The notes under the pieces: model-generated
What the model saw: only the letters and a program-made list of their open reading frames with translations
Database searches by the model: none
What the model was told of the DNA's origin: nothing
Program-made: the position numbers and the translations under genes
In this document: positions 15,900 to 31,975 of the stretch, one piece after another
Position numbering within the stretch: position 1 is the stretch's first letter
How the letters are laid out: every line of letters begins with the position of its first letter
From: Eledone cirrhosa
Taxonomy: Eukaryota
Assembly: GCA_964016885.1 (NCBI GenBank)
Contig: OZ024761.1
Span: 27,714,001-27,778,000, forward strand
DNA length: 64,000 nucleotides
Direction: 5' to 3'

Positions 15900-15939
<40 letters not shown>

Positions 15940-16222
15940 TATATAATATAAATATATATATAATATATATATAATATATATTTATATATATATAAAATAT
16001 ATGTATATATATATATAAAATATATATATATATATATATAATATATATATATAATATAAATATATATATAATATATATATATAATATATATGCAAAGTTT
16101 TATTTAAATTGTTGGGTTACAACGAGTAAATATTTATAACTGATATAAAAGCACTCAACAAGTATTTGGAGTATATTTACGATATTAAATAAATGGAAAC
16201 TATATTTATAAAAAATATTTAT

Positions 16223-16282
16223 TTCATTATATATATTTCAGGGATATCATATTAAAAATATGGTATGCCTTCATCAGACAAA
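16223..16282 (-). ncRNA. Type I hammerhead ribozyme motif, family D
   Basis: TTTGT-CTGATGA-AGGCATACCATATT..AATATGATATCCCT-GAAA-TATATA-TA-ATGAA; inside element 16092-16305; truncated tail also at 19852-19950. Confidence 0.75.
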
Positions 16283-16540
16283 CAACAATATAAACAGTCT
16301 TATAAATAGATAGATTTGACATACCTTACACTTCAACTTCCATTTAAAAAGTTGATTTGGTAGTGAAAAATGTTAGGGACAGTTATAGAGAAAAAAAAGA
16401 AAGAAAGAAAGAAAGCGAGGAAAAAAGAAGAAATGCATGCAACGAAAAATAGAGATAGATAGATATAGAGAGATAGATAGAGAGAAGAAATTCATGTAAA
16501 GAAAAAACAGAGAGAGATAGATAGAGAGAGAAAAAGATGG

Positions 16541-16577
<37 letters not shown>

Positions 16578-16944
16578 AAAGAGAGAGAGAGAGAAAAAAA
16601 TAGAGAGAGATAGATATAGATAGAGATAGAGATAGAGAGAGAAAAATAGGTAGTTGGGCACCAGTTGAATGACGTATCAATGATATATTTATTTATTTAT
16701 TTATTTCTAGTATTAAGGTAGAGAGAGATATATGTGGTTAGGAGAGAAAACAGCCGTTACTTAGAGAGAAAAGAAAAATATCCAGTGATAAACGAGGCAG
16801 ATTTAAAACATTATGTTTCATCAATCTAAAATATCAATTCGTATGAATTAGGTATTATAATGTAAATATCAGTATTCATGAATGAGACACGTATCAATAA
16901 TGTGTGAAAAATAATGATCATATGTCTAGTTTAAAATTCCTAAA

Positions 16945-19247
16945 TCTTCCGTATTCCCAATCTTTGCTCCCAAATACAGGAAGTCCTCAACCAATTCCAG
17001 CGGCTTCCCGCCTACATTAGTGATCCCCTCTGGCTTCTCAACATTCTCTACCAGATATTTTGTTTTAGTCTCATTCATTCTCAGCCCCACACTTATCGAC
17101 ACAGTCTCAACCTCCTGCATCAAATCCTTTGCCTCCTTCACTGTATTTGTCACCAAAACTATGTCGTCAGTAAATTCAGCAGCCGTCAGTAAATTCAGCA
17201 GCCGATACCTTTTTCGCCCTAACTCTCCTGCTCTGAGCCGGTGCTACAGTAAAGCCAGAGTCCTGGTGTTTCTCCAGTGCAAGGCGCATACAATAGTCCA
17301 CTACGATGATAAAAAGGTAGGGAGCCAATGTATCTCCCTGGAGCACTCCAGCCAGTATCTCAAAGAACTCTGTCATCCCATCAGGTGTAATGACTTGGGC
17401 TTTGGTGTTGGTGTAGAGCAGTGATATCAGGTCCACTATCTTCTTGGGGATTCCATAAGCCTGTAAGATCTTCATCAGGCAGTAACGGTCCACAGAAACA
17501 AAGGCCTTCCTAAAGTCAATGAAAACCATGACCGCAGGAAGGTACTTTGCTCTAGCTCCCTCTAATATCCTCCTCAGCATCAGGATGTGACTGGTGGTTG
17601 ATCTACCCTCTCTGAAGCCGTTCTGGTTGTTCCTGAGCTTCTTCTCCATCTCAGGCTGGATCCTGTTAAGAATAATCCTGTTGAGGGTCTTTGCCACAAG
17701 TGACGTCAGTGAGATCCCCCGGTAGTTGTTGGTGTTAGAGAGATCTCCCTTCTTTGGCACTGGGACGATGTTACTGATCCTCCACTGATTCGGGGCAACT
17801 CCTTTCTCCAGTGCCCAGTTACAGAACCCCAGGATGATATCATCAAAATCACACCTCTTCATCACCTCTGATGCCACTCCATCTTCTCCACGAGCCTTGC
17901 CCTCCTTGATCCTCTTCTTGGTTCTCTGAAGCTCCTCTCTGGTGAAGGGCTCTGTCTCAACATCCAGTTCCTCAAACAGCCGCCTGATCTCCCCAGTGCT
18001 CTGGGCTGTGGAGGGTGGCTCTCCTAGTAGGGTCCTAAAATGGTCTAGCCATTTCCTCTTCCTATCCTCGGGCCCCGTTCCCTGGATCTGAATCGAACAC
18101 CTTCTCTTCCTCCCTGTGATCTCGTTGATGATCATCCAGCTCTCCTTACATCCAGATCTGTCAACCGCTCTCTCCACACTTCTGATCTTCTCTATCAGTG
18201 CCTCCTCTCTGACCTCAGTGTAAGCGGTACAGAGCTCTTCCCTCATCACCTCCACAGTCTCCATCCTCTCCTCCGTAGGATCAGCATAGAATTGGTCCCT
18301 GGCAGCTTTCAGGTGTTCTCTGGCTGCACACAGTTTTGGGTTTGCAGAGCTGACGTGCTTCCCCTTGTTCTTTTTCCTCGGCACCAGGGTTTCACTTGCT
18401 TCTGCCACTGCATTGGTGAAGTGCCCGTACCTCCTCGTCACACTCTCCTCAGTCCATCCAATCTCTCTCTCCTCTGACTCTCCACACAGAGCATTAAACT
18501 TGTTTCTCACTTCCACTGTGAACCTCTCCTGTAGCTTATCATCTTCCTTGAAAGCTCCCCAGTCATAGATTGTTCTCCGGGGCTGAGCCTTGCTCTTTCT
18601 TAAGCTCACGCGGACCTCACTCATAACAAGCCGGTGGTCACTACCCAGTGTACTGAAATAGCTGTATGGTTCCGTGTTCAGAACACTATTCCGCCACTTT
18701 TTCCTCACCAGAATGAAATCAATCTGGGACTTGGACAGGTGCATATCTGAGATGTAGGTTCACATCTTTCCCAGATTCTTCCTAAACCTTAGGTTGGTCG
18801 CCATCAAGTTCGCCTCCAGCAGGGTGTCTATCAGTAGTCTTCCATTTCGGTTGGTGTTGTTATGGAAGTACCAGCAAGGATCTTCACTACCCTCCATACT
18901 CAGATGTGCATTGAAGTCCCCCAAAACAAGCAGGATATTGTGTGCCTGGGTGGTGTTGACAGCTCTACACACCTCCTCATGGAACTCTTCCGCATTCACA
19001 TCACTGTCCCCCTCGGTTGGACTATAGGCTGAGATGACTGTCAGTCTTGGGTTTACATTCAAGGTAACCCTCAACACTCGCGGGGAGATAGGCATTATTT
19101 CCCTCACCAACAGATTGGTTTTTGCACTGAACACAAAACCCACTCCTCCTACTGCAGCATTTGTTGTGTTCTTCACTGCCGATGTAGTGATGAGCTGGCT
19201 CTTCTTCCCGATCATCACACTCCTCACGGGCTCATCGTGTAGAATCC

Positions 19248-19250
<3 letters not shown>
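16945..19250 (-). pseudogene. RTE-like non-LTR retrotransposon ORF (APE endonuclease + RT), truncated at both ends
   Basis: APE motifs GGVG, SAYSPT, LGDFNA, QIDFIL, SDHRLV; RT motifs NYRGISL, QNGFR, FIDFRKAF, GVLQGDTLAPYLF, EFTDD, FLYLG; in-frame TGA at 18760-18762 and a 19-bp duplication frameshift at 17165-17202. Confidence 0.93.
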
Positions 19251-19306
<56 letters not shown>

Positions 19307-19800
19307 TATATATTATATATATATTAAATATATATATATATGTTATATATAATATATATATATATATTTATATAATATCTCTATCTAAATATATATATAT
19401 ATATATTATATATATATATTAAATATATATATATATATTATATATAATATATATATATATTTATATAATATCTCTATCTATATATATTTATATAATATCT
19501 ATATCTATATATGTATATACATATTATATATCTATATATCTATATAATATCTCTATCTATCTATATATATATATATATATAATATATATATATATCTATA
19601 TAATATCTCTATCAATATATATATAAATAATATATATATATATATAATATCTCTAGCTATATATATATATATATCTATATAATATCTCTATCTATATATA
19701 TATAATATATATATATATATCTATATAATATCTCTATCTATATATATATATAATATATATATATCTATATAATATCTATATAATATCTCTATCTATATAT

Positions 19801-19831
<31 letters not shown>

Positions 19832-20546
19832 TATATAATATGTATATATATGTAAAGTTATATTTAAATTGTTAGGATACAACAAGGAAATATTTTTATA
19901 ACTGATATAAACGACTCAACAAATATTTGGAGTAAAAAATACGATATTAACAAAAAATACGATATTAACAAATGATTAGATGTTTAGTGAATCAGTTAAA
20001 TATTGAGATCAATATATTAAAAATTGGGATCTATATATTAAGAAATCTATATATTACTATATTATTAAAGATCCATATATTATATAACGCGTATACACAC
20101 GCAAAAATATATACATATAAATATATATACGCACAATTATAAAAATATATATACATATCTAACTCCGTATATATTATATTCATACACAATATAAAGGATT
20201 CTTTAATTCAATATATAGGAATCTTATAAAATCAGAGTAGGAAAATTAAGATATATAGTTATATCAATGTTACAATTGTTAAGATATTAAAGGAAATTTT
20301 ATCTTATACACACTTTATGTTATTAAATAAAAATGTTTGTATATATAAGTTTTATAAGATTACCTGTTATGTATTTATGGCTGTTATTATATGTCTATTT
20401 GTCACGAATCTTGGGATAATCACTATATATAAGTGCAATCGAATTGTATGGATATACCCGCACATGTACATATACAATTCCCACATATACATACATATAT
20501 GTACCCACATAAATATAGTTATGTAATAAACAACATAAGATAATTA

Positions 20547-20607
20547 TTTCATTTACCAGTGGTTTCTTGAAAGCAAATAAAATTTGCTTTCAGTCATCAG
20601 AATGAAA
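20547..20607 (-). ncRNA. Type I hammerhead ribozyme motif, family E
   Basis: TTTCATT-CTGATGA-C-TGAAAGCAAAT-TTT-ATTTGCTTTCA-A-GAAA-CCACTGG-TA-AATGAAA; 7 bp stem I, 11 bp perfect stem II. Confidence 0.9.
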
Positions 20608-21130
20608 AAATCCTGGTGTAAATAAATGTTGCGCTGCCTAAATACTATTAATGAAGAAGCTTTCATCCTAATGATAAACATGAAAGTTGCGAACAATAGA
20701 TATGACATCATCATCGCTGCCTAGTGTTTCTTTTTGTTCCAAACTAAGGAACAGATGATACAGAGATGGGGCCAAATCAGGTGATTAGGGAGAGTGATGA
20801 AACACCAGTTAAAAGCCACAGTCACACACACCAGACACTGAAACACTGAAACTAAGGACTTAGTTAGAGTGACTAGGTTTTTTATAGAACAAGGGCATTT
20901 AACCTCAGACATCCGACCGAGTTATATGTAAATAAAGAGACATATAAATATATGCTTACTTTTACACCCCCCCCTCTCCGTCTGGCTCCACGTCACCACA
21001 CCCACCGCCAACACTGTACCTCCTCGGCATCTTAATATTTGCTATGAAACAACCAATCAATCAATCAACCAACCAACTAATCAATACAACTATCTATTTA
21101 TGAATCTCTCTTTATCTGTCTTGATATGCA

Positions 21131-21294
<164 letters not shown>

Positions 21295-21298
21295 TATG

Positions 21299-21398
<100 letters not shown>

Positions 21399-21420
21399 TA
21401 TATATACACACATATATATG

Positions 21421-21483
<63 letters not shown>

Positions 21484-21964
21484 TATATATATATATATAT
21501 ATAAATATATATCTATATATCTATGCCTGGCTGTGACCTAAATCTAAATATAAGAGGGCGTCACAACAGTAAATAGAAGCAAGACATTCTTCCATTGTTT
21601 GATCGTTTGCTTGCTTGTTCTCTCATAATGTCCTTATTGATGTGTACTTGAAATACACACTATTATTGGTCATGTGTATACATGTGTACACACACTATAT
21701 ATATATATTTAATTATATATATGTATACATGTGTGTAAATATATTTAAATATATATATATAAGTATGTATACGTACATACATATATGTATACAGACGTAC
21801 AGTAGTATGTATATATATACATACATGCACACATATATATATGTACGTATGGATTCACCGAACATTTATTATAATGCTCGGTGTATTTGTAAACAAACAT
21901 CCCGAATTAAGTCGTACAGTGTCTAGCAACCATCGTTGCTCATTTGTTCAACACTGACAAAGGA

Positions 21965-22007
21965 ACGCTGTACTAGTTTCAAGCTTATTAGCTATCGTCA
22001 GCAACGT
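21965..22007 (-). ncRNA. Minimal type I hammerhead ribozyme motif, family F
   Basis: ACGTTG-CTGACGA-TAGCTAATAAGCTT-GAAA-CTAG-TA-CAGCGT; lies in element ~21768-22100. Confidence 0.88.
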
Positions 22008-22113
22008 ATACGTATATTGTTCTCTATACAGTAACGGTAAACGTCATTTGTAATAATTCTTTACACACATCTCACTATGTAACACACTTCTCTTTGTGTA
22101 ATATATTTATATT

Positions 22114-22149
<36 letters not shown>

Positions 22150-22212
22150 TATATATATATACCTGTATATATATATATATATATAAATGTATATATATAT
22201 ACCTATATATGT

Positions 22213-22337
<125 letters not shown>

Positions 22338-22347
22338 TATATATATA

Positions 22348-22557
<210 letters not shown>

Positions 22558-23046
22558 CCTATATATATATATATATATAAATATATATATACCTATATAT
22601 ATATATATAAATAAATATATATATACCTATATATATATATATATAAATATATATATATATACCTATATATATATAATTATATATACCTATATATATATAT
22701 TATATATATATATTTATATATACCTATATATATATATTATATATATATATTTATATATACCTATATATATATTATATATATATATTTATATATACCTATA
22801 TATATATAATTATATATACCTATATATATATATTATATATATATACCTATATATATATATTATATATATATACCTATATATATATATTATATATATATAA
22901 ATATATATATATATACATAAATATATATATATATATACATAAATATATATATATATATATACCTATAAATATATATATATATACCTATATATATATATAT
23001 ATATATATACCTATAAATATATATATATATACCTATATATATATAT

Positions 23047-23080
<34 letters not shown>

Positions 23081-23099
23081 GGTATATAATATATATAGG

Positions 23100-23130
<31 letters not shown>

Positions 23131-23188
23131 ATAATATATATAGGTATATATATATATATATTTATATATATTTACCTATATATATTAT

Positions 23189-23219
<31 letters not shown>

Positions 23220-23231
23220 CCTATATATATT

Positions 23232-23262
<31 letters not shown>

Positions 23263-23278
23263 CCTATATATATTATAT

Positions 23279-23309
<31 letters not shown>

Positions 23310-23320
23310 CCTATATATAT

Positions 23321-23352
<32 letters not shown>

Positions 23353-23356
23353 CCTA

Positions 23357-23406
<50 letters not shown>

Positions 23407-23407
23407 A

Positions 23408-23447
<40 letters not shown>

Positions 23448-23501
23448 ATATATATTATATATATACATATAAATATATATATATATACCTATATATATTA
23501 T

Positions 23502-23577
<76 letters not shown>

Positions 23578-23769
23578 ATATATAGATAAATCTACCAAAA
23601 GTTTACGGTAGTGTGCAATCCGTATGAAGAACTCAATGTAATCCGGATATCATGAAAAGAGAAGATGCATTCAAAAACTATTTGCGGTGAAAATTAACGG
23701 AAAACAGAGTCAAGATAAATTAATAAAATAATGAATAAACAACGAAACAGTTCCTTATATTAAAAAAAT

Positions 23770-23913
23770 TCATCATTTTACGATCGTTTCTAGGATATAT
23801 ATGTGTTAGAGTTGGTATGCATATTCTATAGATCTATGTACAATATTTATACAAACTATCAGAGGGAATATACATACCTACACATATATATATGCTGTCT
23901 TCAGAAATAATGA
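23770..23913 (-). ncRNA. Type I hammerhead ribozyme motif, family C (long stem II)
   Basis: TCATTATTT-CTGAAGA-(107 nt hairpin)-GAAA-CGATCG-TA-AAATGATGA. Confidence 0.85.
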
Positions 23914-23972
23914 TACATATAAATATATGTATATATATAGGCATATATATATATGTATTTATATATATATAT

Positions 23973-24046
<74 letters not shown>

Positions 24047-24116
24047 ATATATATATATATAAATACATATATATATATGCCTATATATATATATATATAA
24101 ATACATATATATATGC

Positions 24117-24185
<69 letters not shown>

Positions 24186-24277
24186 TATATATATATACCT
24201 GTATATATATATATATATATAAATGTATATATATATACCTATATATGTATATATATATATAAATATATATATATATA

Positions 24278-24337
<60 letters not shown>

Positions 24338-24367
24338 CCTATATATATATATAAATATATATATATA

Positions 24368-24582
<215 letters not shown>

Positions 24583-25068
24583 ATATATATATATATATAT
24601 AAATATATATATACCTATATATATATATATAAATAAATATATATATACCTATATATATATATATATAAATATATATATATATACCTATATATATATAATT
24701 ATATATACCTATATATATATATTATATATATATATTTATATATACCTATATATATATATTATATATATATATTTATATATACCTATATATATATTATATA
24801 TATATATTTATATATACCTATATATATATAATTATATATACCTATATATATATATTATATATATATACCTATATATATATATTATATATATATACCTATA
24901 TATATATATTATATATATATAAATATATATATATATACATAAATATATATATATATATACATAAATATATATATATATATATACCTATAAATATATATAT
25001 ATATACCTATATATATATATATATATATATACCTATAAATATATATATATATACCTATATATATATAT

Positions 25069-25104
<36 letters not shown>

Positions 25105-25123
25105 GGTATATAATATATATAGG

Positions 25124-25154
<31 letters not shown>

Positions 25155-25212
25155 ATAATATATATAGGTATATATATATATATATTTATATATATTTACC
25201 TATATATATTAT

Positions 25213-25243
<31 letters not shown>

Positions 25244-25255
25244 CCTATATATATT

Positions 25256-25286
<31 letters not shown>

Positions 25287-25302
25287 CCTATATATATTAT
25301 AT

Positions 25303-25333
<31 letters not shown>

Positions 25334-25380
25334 CCTATATATATTATATATATATATATAAATATATATATATATACCTA

Positions 25381-25444
<64 letters not shown>

Positions 25445-25445
25445 A

Positions 25446-25485
<40 letters not shown>

Positions 25486-25539
25486 ATATATATTATATAT
25501 ATACATATAAATATATATATATATACCTATATATATTAT

Positions 25540-25611
<72 letters not shown>

Positions 25612-25803
25612 ATATATAGATAAATCTACCAAAAGTTTACGGTAGTGTGCAATCCGTATGAAGAACTCAATGTAATCCGGATATCATGAAAAGAGAAGAT
25701 GCATTCAAAAACTATTTGCGGTGAAAATTAACGGAAAACAGAGTCAAGATAAATTAATAAAATAATGAATAAACAACGAAACAGTTCCTTATATTAAAAA
25801 AAT

Positions 25804-25947
25804 TCATCATTTTACGATCGTTTCTAGGATATATATGTGTTAGAGTTGGTATGCATATTCTATAGATCTATGTACAATATTTATACAAACTATCAGAGGG
25901 AATATACATACCTACACATATATATATGCTGTCTTCAGAAATAATGA
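25804..25947 (-). ncRNA. Type I hammerhead ribozyme motif, family C (duplicate)
   Basis: Identical to 23770-23913. Confidence 0.8.
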
Positions 25948-26008
25948 TACATATAAATATATGTATATATATAGGCATATATATATATGTATTTATATAT
26001 ATATATAT

Positions 26009-26070
<62 letters not shown>

Positions 26071-26152
26071 ATATATATATATATAAATACATATATATAT
26101 ATGCCTATATATATATATATATAAATACATATATATATGCCATATATATATG

Positions 26153-26212
<60 letters not shown>

Positions 26213-27104
26213 ATATATATATATAAATACATATATATATGCCTATATATATATATATATATATATATAAATATATATATATATAATACATAATATATAT
26301 ATAATATAAATATATATATATATATATATATGCCTATATATATATGCCTATATATTTATATATATGCCTATATATATATGCCTATATATATATATATAAT
26401 TATATATGCCTATATATATATATATAATTATATATACCTTTCATTTATATATATAATTATATATATAATTATATATATATATGACAGAGTATGCTTTGTT
26501 TTTCTATCGTGTATTAATATGATTTCCATGTTGCAGTTTCGTTGGAATAGAACATTTCCTAACATCACCTCGCGTCCTAATTTGTTAGTCTCACAAGATG
26601 AGTTTTCATATGAATATTTGATGTAACCGTTAACTATTTCCCACGATTTTACTGAAATTATTAGCGGGAAGCCCTCCCTACAGACAAGCATCTCTTCCCA
26701 CTGATCTTGTTATCTGCATCCGACAGCCTGCTGAAGAGATATGCAACGTCCAGTTTTATGACAACGAATGACAGTAGGCTAGCATATATGGCGGCCTCTG
26801 TCTTCGGTCTCTTTTCCACTGGCCTTGCCTGATTTCCTTTTTATCGGTGACCCCTCGTCATGTCCTCATCAACAACGTTCTCCTGAACACTTTAATGTAG
26901 GTGAGGAATTAGGAGATTTGTTATTTGTATTTGTTCAGGGTGTCTGCTCCTTGAGTTCATATGCTACCGAGATCAAATTTGCTTTTCGTACTTTGCAGGT
27001 CTATAAAGAATAAGTAAAAAACTCAAATGAAAAACCAATAGAAAAGTGTGAATAGTTGTTATGAAGTTCGCCTCACGGTCACGGGGTTCTATTCCGAAGA
27101 GGGC

Positions 27105-27450
27105 AGTCCGCTGTGTTGAATATAAGCTGGCGACATCTGACTTTGAGAGAGATATATGCCGGCCTCCCACGCATATCTGTCGCGTTACGTAAAAGGAGAG
27201 TAAGATCTACTGGCCATTGCCATCGTGCCAGCTATGAGGCTGTGTTCCCCATTAGTGCTTTGGAAACCACAAGTAGTCACTAATAACAGGGGGGCGCAAG
27301 CTCTCCTATCCCGATGTCATCTCCAGATATTCTGTTATAGAAATACAGGGCTTGCCAGCGGCAATGAACGAAAGACCCATGTGGAGATCAATTGTTGAGT
27401 CAATTTGGGCTGAGGCCGCCGGATGATGATATGATCATGATGATGATGAT
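27105..27450 (+). mobile_element. Decayed RTE-like LINE 3' end with (GAT)n tail
   Basis: Remnant peptide LNISWR..LREIYAGLPRIS..RKRR...GHCHR...LVLWKP...AAMNERPMWRSIV. Confidence 0.75.
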
Positions 27451-27527
27451 GTGTTGTTGAGTAAGACATTTTATTTTACGTTGCTCCAGTTGGCAGTTCA
27501 GTGGTTTATAGCCCATCGAGATTTGAT

Positions 27528-27646
27528 TAGGTTGAATAATACGCTTTAAAGTGAGTCACAATTTCTCTTATTACACATTGTGAGAAGCTTAATCTCCTTA
27601 GAAATACATTAAGACTGTATGTGTCTGTGAAATCCTCAGCAACCTA
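27528..27646 (-). ncRNA. Diverged type I hammerhead motif, family I
   Basis: TAGGTTG-CTGAGGA-(67 nt, includes ACACAT/ATGTGT pairing)-GAAA-(25 nt imperfect stem III)-TT-CAACCTA; 7 bp perfect stem I. Confidence 0.55.
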
Positions 27647-27732
27647 TATATATATATACTTATCTCTATAGAAAGAATTGTTGACATTAAAGAGGAATTT
27701 GGATTAGCAACCTTGGTTTTCATTCGCTCTCT

Positions 27733-27784
<52 letters not shown>

Positions 27785-27918
27785 AAAAAGTATGTCCCCG
27801 ACGGCAGAGGTCAAGCCGTTTCGACGGCTATTTCTGGACTATTTCCCACTCTTCTAACCTAAGTATTGAGTACTCTGGTGCGTTATGGTCCATCTGGTTC
27901 CTTACCACAATTCATTTG

Positions 27919-27958
<40 letters not shown>

Positions 27959-28019
27959 CTGTGTGTGTGTGTATGTATGAATATATATATATCTAAATTC
28001 ATACGTTCTTGGGCAGGCA

Positions 28020-28350
28020 GTTTCGTTGATTGAATCAACTAGAACACTGGTCGTCGTGGGAAAACGACGATTCGCCCAACAACAGTAAGTAGATATAGCG
28101 TCCATCTTTGATTATTTCAAGTTCTTTCATATGAAATAGGAGTTACGCGTATCCGTTCAACACATAAGATCATTGAGAAGATTACAACAATTATTGATTT
28201 TCTCCCCCTTTTTTTTATGTTAGGATGATAATGTCGGGCCCGTTATGTTTGCATTTGATGATGCTAAGTTTTGATTGCAATATTCGCTGTGATCAAATTC
28301 TACTCTGGTGGTCTTTGTAACGCCTATCTTATGCCAGTCGTCTTCTTCGG
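28020..28350 (-). mobile_element. Highly decayed RLE-domain LINE remnant
   Basis: CKHNGPDIII resembles the KHNRPDIVV motif of the 61588 ORF. Confidence 0.35.
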
Positions 28351-28570
28351 AATAACGTTATATATTATATCCGCTACAACCTCAAATCCCTTCAGATTAT
28401 AATACGCTGATGAGAAATTTTAGACGGAGCTGAGCTGATGATGATGATGATGATGATGGTGAGACGTGGTGTGTGACGTGTGATCGGTAAAAATGTGATA
28501 TAGTGATATAGACAATATTCTCTGTCATACTTCCTTTGTATAAACCTATGTATGTATGTATGTATGTATG

Positions 28571-28636
<66 letters not shown>

Positions 28637-28891
28637 TATATATAATAATATATTATATATATTTATAATATATATATAATATATATTTATATATATATAA
28701 TATAATATATATATATAATATATATATATATAATATATATATAATATATATTTGTATATATATAATATAATATATATATATAATATATATATATATATAA
28801 TATATATATATAATATATATATATATAATATATATATATATATAATATATATATATATATGTAATATATATATATAATATATATATATATG

Positions 28892-28931
<40 letters not shown>

Positions 28932-29013
28932 TATATATAATATATATATATATAATAATATATAATATAATATATATATATATATATAATATATATATAT
29001 ATATAATATATAT

Positions 29014-29047
<34 letters not shown>

Positions 29048-29064
29048 ATATATATATATAATAT

Positions 29065-29199
<135 letters not shown>

Positions 29200-30076
29200 T
29201 ATATATAATATATATATATATAATTTATATATATATATATATATATATTAACATGTGAATACAATATGTATGTATATATACATACGCACATATATATATA
29301 TATATGTCTGTGTGTGTGTATGTGAGTGTGTATTTCTACATGTGTTTATGTGTACAAATGACATCAACCAACGTATCTTGTTGAAGGTAAGGCAAGGCCG
29401 GGCGCACACCAACACACCATACACAAGCACCCATACACACTAACAAACTAACACATCACACAAACACACCATACACACACACACAGAAACATACACACAC
29501 ACAGAAACATGCAAACACACACACACACACAGAAATAATACAATTACTCTGACAGACACAGCGAATCTACGATGAGTGTTGAATGTCAAAAGAAATTGCT
29601 GAGATGAACGAAAATTCTTCTCGCTTCTTTATATTAATCTCAACACGTGAAATAACATCAAACAAACCCAATTCTTCCTATATCAACTTTCTCCAAATAT
29701 CCCCACAATAATAAGACTCACAATTCTCGCAAACACTTTCGCCATCTTTATTTTTCTTATCTTGGTCTTCGACAATTATTTTTTCAGTATCTCTTTTCTC
29801 ACTTTCTTTCTATCCTTTCGTTTTTGTTTCTTTCATTCAGTCTTTTTATCTGTTCCGCTTTCATCCTTTTCTCTCCTTATATTTCTTTCAACCATTTGTG
29901 TGTGTGTGTGGGTGTGTGTCTTTATTTCTCTCTCGTTCGTTTCTTATTGTTTCTTATTGTTTCTTTCTTATTTTCATTTATTCTTTGTCTTCTTCTCTTC
30001 TTCCTTACTTTTATATAACAAACACACTCACACACATACATACATATACATATATATATATATATAAGTGTGTGTA

Positions 30077-30122
<46 letters not shown>

Positions 30123-30178
30123 TGTGTGTATGTGTGTGTATATATCTATATATATACGCATATACATTCAGACACACA

Positions 30179-30236
<58 letters not shown>

Positions 30237-30827
30237 CGTATATGTCGGTATATCTCACAATACAACACAAAGTATTTTACCTGAAAGATCCGTTCTGTGT
30301 TCTTGGGTGATAAAATTAATACGTCTCTTGGTATACACCACTGCTTTCTACATTGGTGTCATCAAGAGAAGCCACTCGGTTGCAGCAATACCAACTATGT
30401 CAGAAGCCATGGAAAATAGATGGTCCTAGTGACTGACCTTCTCTCTCTAACTACTCCATAAAATATGCAGAAACTTCTTCTTCTTCTTCTTCTTCTTGAG
30501 AGGGTCGTGCGGATAGAGTCCTCAAACATTCATTCTCGTGGGTCCTGCGTTTTTTCTTTTTTCTAATGGCTAGAAAATAAGCAGCTCGCCGCCCCTGCAG
30601 ACTTCAGTTTAATAGTTTAAAATTGTTTCTTGCCAGTATCTAGCATTTCATTACTGTTATTTCTTTTCTCTTTATCTTTCAGAAGTCATGCATGAATAAG
30701 ATCGTGTATTTCTTATAAACCGTAAGTTCATTTTCTACAATATTTATTTTATTGTAAAAGTTGCCTTTGTTTAATAGTAAAAAAAAAATAAAATTCTTTA
30801 TTTAATACTAAAAAAACAAAATATATA

Positions 30828-31921
30828 CTTGGTGTGGCAATAAAGTCCTTAGAATAATCCTTTAAATGAAAATACACAAGATATTGAAACTAATATTTAT
30901 TTATTCTGCAAAACATAATCTCCATTGAATGAGGAGGAGGAAGACGATCGACTTTCGTCAAATCGGACCGAGGGAACAATGTTTCCGTTGGTCTTTCCAA
31001 TTGCTAATACTATCTATCGGTCGCAACTCCAGGTAGAAGGAGCAACGTGAAATAAAGTGTCTTGCCCAAGGACATAACGCATCGCCTGGTCCAGGAATCG
31101 AACTCACAACCTTACGATTGCGAATCCAATTCTCTAACCACTCAGCCACACGCCTTCACTTCCATTGAATGAAATAACATATTTAGGGTGCTTAAAGTCC
31201 TTAGAATAGCACTTTAAATGAAAATGCACAAGATATTGAAACTAAAATTTATTTATTCTGCAAAACACATTTCCATTGAATGTAATAACATCTTTACAGT
31301 GCTTATGCAAAGCATTTTAACTCTTTCTGGAACCGTTCTTTCGGCAATTGTCAAAACCAGTGCAACGATTCATCCATCACCTCTTCTAATGAAGCGAAGA
31401 CATATTGTCTTTGTTTATTCCGCTTCTTTGTTTATTCCAGTAACATGTGCAATGCAACACAATGATTGTTTTGGTTCTGCATCAATGATACTTTGAATGA
31501 GTTGAATGTTGGCATGAATAGTGGTTGTGTAAGGACGGTCAGAACGATGAGCATCAATAAGTGATAATCTACTGCCATCTTTGAATTATTTCACCCAATG
31601 ATAAATGGTTGAATTTGCTGGAACGTTGTTAATTCCACTCTCCTTCAAGTGTGCAATAATATTTGTTGCTGAATTGCTTCGTTTCCATTCAATGAAAAGA
31701 CGTGCTCTAAAATGTTCTTGACGTAAATCCATTCGATGCGTGTATTATAAACTCACAAGAATGACAACAAAATAATTATGCATGAGCCTGTGACAAAATA
31801 CAGCATCCATACAGAATATTATACGTGTACAACAAAGTTCAGATTACAACTAATATTAACTACATATACTGCTATAGACTACACAGAGCCTACTATTCTT
31901 AAAACTTTATTGCCCCGCCAA

Positions 31922-31922
<1 letters not shown>
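30828..31922 (-). mobile_element. Internally deleted mariner-like transposon
   Basis: TIRs CTTGGTGTGGCAATAAAGTCCTTAGAATA / TATTCTTAAAACTTTATTGCCCCGCCAAG with TA flanks; from ATG 31732: MDLRQEHFRARLFIEWKR...STIYHWVK*FKDG...DAHRSDRP (HTH region), joined to C-terminal FASLEEV; 3' end duplicated. Confidence 0.85.
30933..31160 (-). mobile_element. tRNA-derived SINE family 2, full length, nested in the mariner
   Basis: A box TGGCTGAGTGG, B box GTTCGATTCC, TGTCCTTGGGCAAGACACTT; 12 bp target-site duplication (TSD) TCCATTGAATGA at 30921-30932 and 31161-31172. Confidence 0.9.

Positions 31923-31972
<50 letters not shown>

Positions 31973-31975
<3 letters not shown>

Noticed and set aside
28404-28425. 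CTGATGA directly followed by GAAA
   Set aside because: No stem II, stem III or stem I pairing.
30958-31160. Possible tRNA gene
   Set aside because: A/B boxes are present but there is no acceptor stem; body, TSD and a second copy identify a SINE.
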